A stretch of DNA of 64,000 nt from assembly GCA_044222185.1 (NCBI GenBank), contig JBGANV010000002.1:608001-672000 (forward strand). Reading direction: 5' to 3'. The stretch is from Planctomycetota bacterium (GTDB lineage Bacteria; Planctomycetota; GCA-002687715; CAIWVZ01). The translations under genes and the position numbers were made by a program. Under the pieces are notes generated by a model. That model was not told the origin of the DNA and did no database searches. It saw nothing but the letters and a program-made list of their open reading frames with translations. Positions 58,005 through 64,000 of the stretch are shown here, piece after piece (the first letter of the stretch is position 1; each line of letters opens with the position of its first letter).

Positions 58005-58515
58005 GCGAGGGACGGGGGGGACGTACGGCGTTGCGCCTCGCGCTTTCGGAAGCGGATCGCGAATCCTCCCAACATTCCGGAACCATGCGCGCGCCCGCGT
58101 GTGACGTTGATTGGATCCAGGCGATGTTCCGCTCGGCAAGCTGAACGCTGCGGAACGTGGGGCGCGTCGGGCTGCGCTCTATGCGGTCCGCGCTACCGCC
58201 GGCAAGGCCCGCGTTGTCGCTCCGGCCAGTCTTCTGCTTCGCACGTGGCACATTTCGCGAAGGCGCGCCTCTCTCGTCTCACGGATACGGCGGCAATCGC
58301 CTTTCGACTGGCGTCGACCGCTTTCGGGGTGCCGTGTTCCTGGGCGGCTGGTGCGGCACTCTCGTGTTTGCGTTCACACTTGAGGCGCTGAGTCGGGCGG
58401 ATCGGAAGGGCGGTCGGCGGCGGGCCGCGCTCGTCGCATCGACTCGGACCTGACTTCGCCACGCCCTCGCATCTGCATTGTTCGCGCATGCAGAGCGAGG
58501 GCGAGCAGGAGCACG

Positions 58516-60174
58516 TTAGAGCGTCGTCGTCTGGATCGTCGAGACGGCGGATAGGTAACCCGTTGTCGAGGAAAAGATGGTCGACACCATCCAGACGGGC
58601 ACCGGCACACCGAACGGAGTGTACTCAAGCGAGGCGGTTGCGGTGCCGTCGGGGCCGAGCACCCCATTGAACAACGGGTGGCCAAACCCGAGCTGGTCGA
58701 TCAGCAGCCCTAACGGCAGAGTCAGGCCAAACCATGTCCCCGGCGCCGGCGTCGTCGCCGGATTGACGGTTGTAAACACGTTGGCGTATCGCTGGTTCGC
58801 CCCACCGCAGGTGGCGAGACCGACGTTCAGGTAGTGGTGCCCGGGGGTGATCGACGTGCCGAGAGTTGCGACGACCCCACCGACGAAAGCCGTCCCTCCA
58901 TAGACATACGCAGTATTCGAGGCCGGGTTCCCGATGAGGATCTCGCTCCGCGCGTCGCCCGTCAGGTCACCGATGAGCGACGCAGGGCCTCCGACCGGAA
59001 TGACTTGGAGGAGGCAGTGTGTGTTGCCCTTGTAGATGCGCGTGGCGCCATTTCCACCAACGGTGTACTCGGAGATCCCATCGAGGTCGAGGTCACGACC
59101 ACCAGCGACGCGGTCGCCGAGGTTGATGTAGGACGGCCCGCTCGGCATACCGGCCGTTGAGACGTAGCCGACAGTGCTGCCGTAGTACATTTGGACATAG
59201 CCGCTTGTGGGCGTCGGTGCGCCCGACACGAGAAAATCGTCCATGCCGTCCAGATTCTGATCACCTGCCGGGGCGATGTCGACACCAAAATGATCCCCAG
59301 CGAACGTGTTCGAGCCGACGCCGGTCATGACCGTGAACAGTTGCGGCGTACGAGCCGGGGTGATCGTGTAGATCTCGACGAATCCCTGCGCCGCGGGCGA
59401 ACGATCCCAACCCGGTGCCCCGATGGCGATCGCCGCCCGACCGGTCCCAGTGACGTTCCCCACTCGGCCCACCGAGGACCCGAACGCCGCTCCGTTCAGC
59501 ACCTGAGGAGGGAACGCCGGTGGAGGAGGTGCGGGCGTGAACTGGATCAGCGATGCCGCGAACTGCGTCGTGGACAGTGCCGGATTTCCGAAGTAGAGAA
59601 ACGCGTAACCCGGCGTGTTCGGTCCGCCGTCGGCACCGACTACGAAGTCCTCCATTCCGTCACCATCGGCGTCGCCGACGCACGCAACCGAGATGCCGTA
59701 ACCAGTCAGGTTTGGGACCGGGCATGTGAGGGTCACGATCGGGTTCAACGCCTGGGTCGGCGACGAGAGGTTGGCGATTGCGGCGCCGCTGTAGATTTTG
59801 ATCTGCCCTCCGCCTGCCATCGGCTCGGCGACAAGCACATCGGCAAATGCGTCCGGGTCAAAGCGGCCGATCGCGACACATCGCGCATACGCCCATTTCG
59901 GCGAAGGTATGGCCATCGGGGCGAGAGCGGTTTGAAACACGAGCGCGCCAGTCGCGCCGTTGAACACCTGCAACACGCTCTGGGTGGGCGAGACGGCACT
60001 GGTGACGGCGTACTCCGCAACCGAATCAAGCGTCAAGTCGGCGCCTCCCGCGACGCTGCGACCGAAGTCGGCGGACCCCGGAGGTCCCACATGTGCCCGA
60101 AGGGGTGCCTGTCCCATCCCGAGACCCGTGATTGCGAGGACCGCACCGATCACTCTGATCATCTTGCTGTTCAT
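58516..60174 (-). CDS. Secreted FG-GAP repeat (integrin-alpha-like beta-propeller) protein
   Basis: Signal peptide. Repeats FGRSVAGG, YGISVACVGDADGDGMEDFVVGA, FGSSVGRVG...IAIGAP and FGVDIAPAGDQNLDGMDDF. Confidence 0.85.
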   Translation of the reverse strand: MNSKMIRVIGAVLAITGLGMGQAPLRAHVGPPGSADFGRSVAGGADLTLDSVAEYAVTSAVSPTQSVLQVFNGATGALVFQTALAPMAIPSPKWAYARCVAIGRFDPDAFADVLVAEPMAGGGQIKIYSGAAIANLSSPTQALNPIVTLTCPVPNLTGYGISVACVGDADGDGMEDFVVGADGGPNTPGYAFLYFGNPALSTTQFAASLIQFTPAPPPPAFPPQVLNGAAFGSSVGRVGNVTGTGRAAIAIGAPGWDRSPAAQGFVEIYTITPARTPQLFTVMTGVGSNTFAGDHFGVDIAPAGDQNLDGMDDFLVSGAPTPTSGYVQMYYGSTVGYVSTAGMPSGPSYINLGDRVAGGRDLDLDGISEYTVGGNGATRIYKGNTHCLLQVIPVGGPASLIGDLTGDARSEILIGNPASNTAYVYGGTAFVGGVVATLGTSITPGHHYLNVGLATCGGANQRYANVFTTVNPATTPAPGTWFGLTLPLGLLIDQLGFGHPLFNGVLGPDGTATASLEYTPFGVPVPVWMVSTIFSSTTGYLSAVSTIQTTTL

Positions 60175-60326
60175 GACTTGCTCCGCCCGTTGGGCGCTGG
60201 TTTCCCGATCGTACTGTCGTCGGCAGCTCGCCATTCGACCTGCCGCATCCCCTCCATGCAGCGAGGTCAAGAACCGTTACCGAACGTGACAGAATCCACG
60301 CTGGAGGGCGCTCCTCGACGCCAACA

Positions 60327-63017
60327 TCACAGCGTCGTCAAGACCGTTGGTGCCGTGACCCCGAGAAACCCGCCGTCGATTCCCAACCCGACGGTCACGG
60401 CGAAAATCGTCAGTCCCGTCGGCACCCAGGGCGGTGGGACGACGAGCTCTGCCTGGCCCTGGGCGTCGAGGTTGCCGACGAACGGTGGCATGCCCGAGAG
60501 GTACTCCGAGACGATCTCGAAAATGCTCGGATCAATGCCGAACCAGAAGCCACCGGGGAAGTTGCCAGCATGCGTCGTGAAGGCGGTGAAATAGGGTTGG
60601 CCGGGATGCCCGTGCCTGATGAGGCTCCGGATCGACCCGGGCCCGAGTGGCTGTTGGTCCACCGTAAGAGAAAAAAAGCCCGAATCGACGGCCACGGCGT
60701 TGTAGACGTAGAGAGCGAAGTCCTGGTCCTGCGCGTCAGCATTGCTGGGGACGCCGTCAGCAGATGCGTCAAATGCGTGCACCGTCACGGCAATCGACGC
60801 GGCAACACCGGGCGGGAGCACGACGAACTCCGAATTGTTGAGGTGATCGGGCGATCCGCCGGGGACGGAGCATGCCCCAAACCCAGGACACACCCCCGTG
60901 ACGTTCCCTCCGCGATAGACGTTGTTTCCGGCCGTCACAACCAGGTCCAGGTCGTTCAGGAGCGCCGGGGCGAAGGGTACGCCCGGCGCATCGGTCCAAA
61001 CGAGTGCGACGATGACTGGTCGCGAAGGGTCTGCAACTTGAGCTTGGATTGAATATGCAGCACCGGAACCGATGAAGCGCACCGTTTGATCCATCGCGAA
61101 AGATGACGTGCGATCGAATGCGCGCCCGAGATCCACACGGCCGGCACCTTGTGTCGAGCCAAACGCCGGTCCGGCACCGGTGCCCGTGAGTCGATGCGCC
61201 GTCGCCATGAGCACCGCCTTCGTCATCGCGGGGCTCGGGGCTGGGAGTCCGTGGTTGATGAAGTCCTGGCGTACGAGAGCGGCGGCGCCCGCGACGGCCG
61301 GAGTCGCGAAGCTCGTACCCGAACTCAGGGAATAGGGACTGATACCCGCGGAACGACGGCACGATGGCACGGCCTGGGTCGGAGTACACGGAGTGTCGCA
61401 GACCGTCGTCGGGCCCGAAGGGGCGGCCGCGACGGGGGGCCAGAACTTCTGATGGAGATTGCAGTCGGGGCTGTTGATTGTCGGTGGCGCGCTGAAATTC
61501 GGGTTCGTACTTGACGCCCCCTGCACTCGGGAGCCGGGGGCCATCAGGTCAGGCTTCCGCCTTCCATCGTTGCACGGGCCGGGGCTGGACAGGTTCCAGA
61601 CGTCTTCAGCATGGTCGGCGTCACTGTCGGCGACGCCGCCGCAATCTCGATCGGGTGCGCTCGCTGGGCAGGCGTTCACGCCGAGATTCCGTGGCGTCTC
61701 ACTGGCCCCCACGGTGATCACGTTCTTCGACGTGGCTGGCGACTTCAGGACGGCATCGCTGTTTCCCGCCGCGAAGACAATGCACATCTCTTGATTCCCA
61801 CTGGCCACTGGGTCCGCATCACGGACGGCCGCGTCGAATGCCATCGCAACGGTGTCGTACACGCCCAGTGCTCCGGTCGTCCACGAATTCGAACTGATCC
61901 GGGCCTGGTCGTTGTAGGCATCCCGTAGGTACGCCGTGGACAATGTACCTCCGAACGGCGGGGCGTTCGTCGCCCCCAGAATGCGCGATGAACCGATTCG
62001 TACGAACGGCGCGATCCCGAGCCCGTAGCGGAACCCGCTCGCGTCGCGGTCGATGCACGTCGGGGTCAGGCACGATGAGTCGTTGAACCCCGCGAGGATC
62101 GAGGCGCAGAGCGTCCCATGCCCCGCTTCATCTTCGGTCATTCCGGTGGGCGCAACATAAGTACGTGCGTACACCAGGCGGCTCGGACCGATGGTCGAGC
62201 CGAGTTCCCTGAACTCGGGGTTGACCTGCGTCGGAGCTCCGCCGGGAGGGAGCGGAGTGGAAAGTTGTCCGCGGTCGACGCCGGTGTCCGCGATGTCGAC
62301 GACGAATGCGAATTGCCCCTGGGAGAACCCACGGGCTCCAAGCCAGGCGAGGTAACCGGCTGCTGGGGGCGCAGCGGCTCCAGGCGGAAGGTTGCCGGCT
62401 ACGATCTGCGCTTGCGTCTCGTCGGCGGGGATCGGGCGATGCGCGCGCTCGATCCAGGCTGTGTCAGTCCTGCCGGCGAGAGCCCCGATCGCAGCACCGT
62501 TCGCGCGACCAGCAACGCGCCAGAAGGCGCCGCACCGTTCGATCGATCGATCGTCGAACTGAGCCTGCGGCGTCCTTAGACGAGTTGCCGTTTCTCGCCG
62601 GCAGCACAACACGATGATGTCATGAACCGACGATTGGTCCGTCAGCGCGGCGCGAAGGTCGGCTGAGATTTTCGAAGCTGGTTGCATGTCGTCGACGCCG
62701 ACGATGTGCGACTGGAGCACGAGGTCGCGTCGAGTGGCCGCGGCTTCGTCTCTTCCAACGACGACGAGGCTGTCTCGTGGAACGTACGTGATGACCTCGA
62801 GACCGACTGATTGAAGTGCGACGAGGTCGGGCGGTTGGACGCGGCGCGCAAATCGAAGGACCAGGAGGTGGTCACCAGCCGCAGCCCTTCCATGGTGCGG
62901 CTCGTGTCGACTCTGTCCGTGGACAGTTGTCACGTTGGCGTGCGCACCCACGATGGACTGCGCGTCGGTTATGCTTGGCGCCATCAGAGTGAGGGCGAGA
63001 AAAATGGCTGGTCGCAT
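60327..63017 (-). CDS. Secreted S8 (subtilisin-like) serine protease
   Basis: Signal peptide MRPAIFLALTL. Catalytic triad DIADTGVD, AGHGT and SGTSFATP. Also FAAGN, KNVITVGA and a LVWTD...NDLDL C-domain. Confidence 0.92.
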   Translation of the reverse strand: MRPAIFLALTLMAPSITDAQSIVGAHANVTTVHGQSRHEPHHGRAAAGDHLLVLRFARRVQPPDLVALQSVGLEVITYVPRDSLVVVGRDEAAATRRDLVLQSHIVGVDDMQPASKISADLRAALTDQSSVHDIIVLCCRRETATRLRTPQAQFDDRSIERCGAFWRVAGRANGAAIGALAGRTDTAWIERAHRPIPADETQAQIVAGNLPPGAAAPPAAGYLAWLGARGFSQGQFAFVVDIADTGVDRGQLSTPLPPGGAPTQVNPEFRELGSTIGPSRLVYARTYVAPTGMTEDEAGHGTLCASILAGFNDSSCLTPTCIDRDASGFRYGLGIAPFVRIGSSRILGATNAPPFGGTLSTAYLRDAYNDQARISSNSWTTGALGVYDTVAMAFDAAVRDADPVASGNQEMCIVFAAGNSDAVLKSPATSKNVITVGASETPRNLGVNACPASAPDRDCGGVADSDADHAEDVWNLSSPGPCNDGRRKPDLMAPGSRVQGASSTNPNFSAPPTINSPDCNLHQKFWPPVAAAPSGPTTVCDTPCTPTQAVPSCRRSAGISPYSLSSGTSFATPAVAGAAALVRQDFINHGLPAPSPAMTKAVLMATAHRLTGTGAGPAFGSTQGAGRVDLGRAFDRTSSFAMDQTVRFIGSGAAYSIQAQVADPSRPVIVALVWTDAPGVPFAPALLNDLDLVVTAGNNVYRGGNVTGVCPGFGACSVPGGSPDHLNNSEFVVLPPGVAASIAVTVHAFDASADGVPSNADAQDQDFALYVYNAVAVDSGFFSLTVDQQPLGPGSIRSLIRHGHPGQPYFTAFTTHAGNFPGGFWFGIDPSIFEIVSEYLSGMPPFVGNLDAQGQAELVVPPPWVPTGLTIFAVTVGLGIDGGFLGVTAPTVLTTL

Positions 63018-63138
63018 GGATCCGACTTTCAGAAGGCAATCTCTACGGTCACGCCGCCAACACCGGCGGCACTCCACCGCCTCAACGCGTGGCGTGACGC
63101 CGCCAACGCCGGAGGCCCGGAGTCGGGGATCGATTATC

Positions 63139-64000
63139 ATGTCCGGCTGCGCACCTGCAATGCTCATGTGCAGCCTCGTGCTCGGTGTCCTGCCGGCGCC
63201 TGGGCAATCACTGCAGGCAAGGTGGCAAGCGCCAACGAGCGATAACGAAATCGGGACGGCGCTTGCCGAGCTGGACGCATGGAGCGGCGTCAACTCATCA
63301 AGTCGCCCACTGGCACTAGGGGACCCCGCACACGACCGTGTGGTGATTGCGACGGCCGTGCCGTCGCCAGCAGGTCCTCCGTACGACCTTGTCGCCGCGG
63401 CGATCGTCGGGATGCCTGCGTGTGGAACCTGCCCGCCCGTTGCCACCACGTACCCGTCGCCCTACGGACCAATTTGCTCGGCAACGGGCGCGCCACCGTC
63501 GAATACGGCACGTTTCGGGTTTGCCGTCGCATCGATCCCGGACATCAATGCCGACGGACGTGCCGATCTTGTCGTTGGGGCACCGGGCGCGGCGAGTCTT
63601 GCCGGTGCGGTGTTCGTGCTCGACGGCTTCACGGGTTCGTTGTTGTTCGTTGATGTCGGGACCGCGCCGGGAGACCGGCTCGGGTTCAGCGTCGCGGGGC
63701 TACACGACCTGGACGGCGACGGCTTCCAGGATCTCATCGTCGGTGCTCCTTTCGCGTCAAGCCCCGGGATCGCGGGGCATGGGCGCGCGAACATCTACCG
63801 TGGACAGCCGCCACCGGTCTTCTTCGTGCATGACACTCAGCGCGACCCGTGCGGGACGGCTCCGGATGAGCTGCTCGGATGGTCCGTCGGCGGCGGCGCG
63901 AATATCGCGGGAACTTCGGCGCCGGATTTCATCGTCGGGGCGCCGGGCTCGATGAATGGCTCAACGCGCACGGGAGCTGTTTTTGTCTTCGACGGCAATC
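63139..64000 (+). CDS. FG-GAP repeat protein (3'-truncated by window; absent from the ORF track)
   Basis: Frame 1 is open to the window end: MSGCAPAMLMCSLVLG...FGFAVASIPDINADGRADLVVGAPG...LGFSVAGLHDLDGDGFQDLIVGAP. The start is approximate. Confidence 0.85.
   Translation, partial: MSGCAPAMLMCSLVLGVLPAPGQSLQARWQAPTSDNEIGTALAELDAWSGVNSSSRPLALGDPAHDRVVIATAVPSPAGPPYDLVAAAIVGMPACGTCPPVATTYPSPYGPICSATGAPPSNTARFGFAVASIPDINADGRADLVVGAPGAASLAGAVFVLDGFTGSLLFVDVGTAPGDRLGFSVAGLHDLDGDGFQDLIVGAPFASSPGIAGHGRANIYRGQPPPVFFVHDTQRDPCGTAPDELLGWSVGGGANIAGTSAPDFIVGAPGSMNGSTRTGAVFVFDGN

Noticed and set aside
58005-58515. Small ORFs or ncRNA in the 510-bp gap
   Set aside because: The ORFs are short with atypical composition, and no recognisable RNA family motif was found.

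Overview
GC-rich bacterial chromosomal segment, most consistent with a Planctomycetota genome (inferred from the ECF-sigma/Ser-Thr kinase pairs and the large secreted proteins). From left to right: the end of a four-gene glycosyltransferase cluster; a large secreted S1 protease; three ECF sigma factors interleaved with three membrane Ser/Thr kinase-TPR genes; a large secreted protein; a TPR-DUF2911 protein; tRNA-Leu(GAG); an ArnT/PMT-like membrane glycosyltransferase frameshifted by a (TGTCGCGTGG)x16 tract; a CDGSH protein; fumC; REP/MITE-like repeats around two secreted-protein genes; dus; purM; a 199-bp tandem duplication; DJ-1; a CPBP protease; three tandem paralogous secreted proteins; a SAM-I riboswitch-led hom/aspartokinase/transsulfuration operon; an alginate-export-like beta-barrel; a three-gene signalling module; and FG-GAP/subtilase genes. 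The best candidates for novelty are (i) the signalling module (2,012-aa double kinase with Ig and FGE domains, a kinase-less Ig-FGE partner, and a membrane FHA protein), (ii) a ~100-aa module shared by eight otherwise different secreted proteins, and (iii) the repeat-switched glycosyltransferase. All calls come from reading motifs by eye. No database searches were run, and several start codons are approximate.
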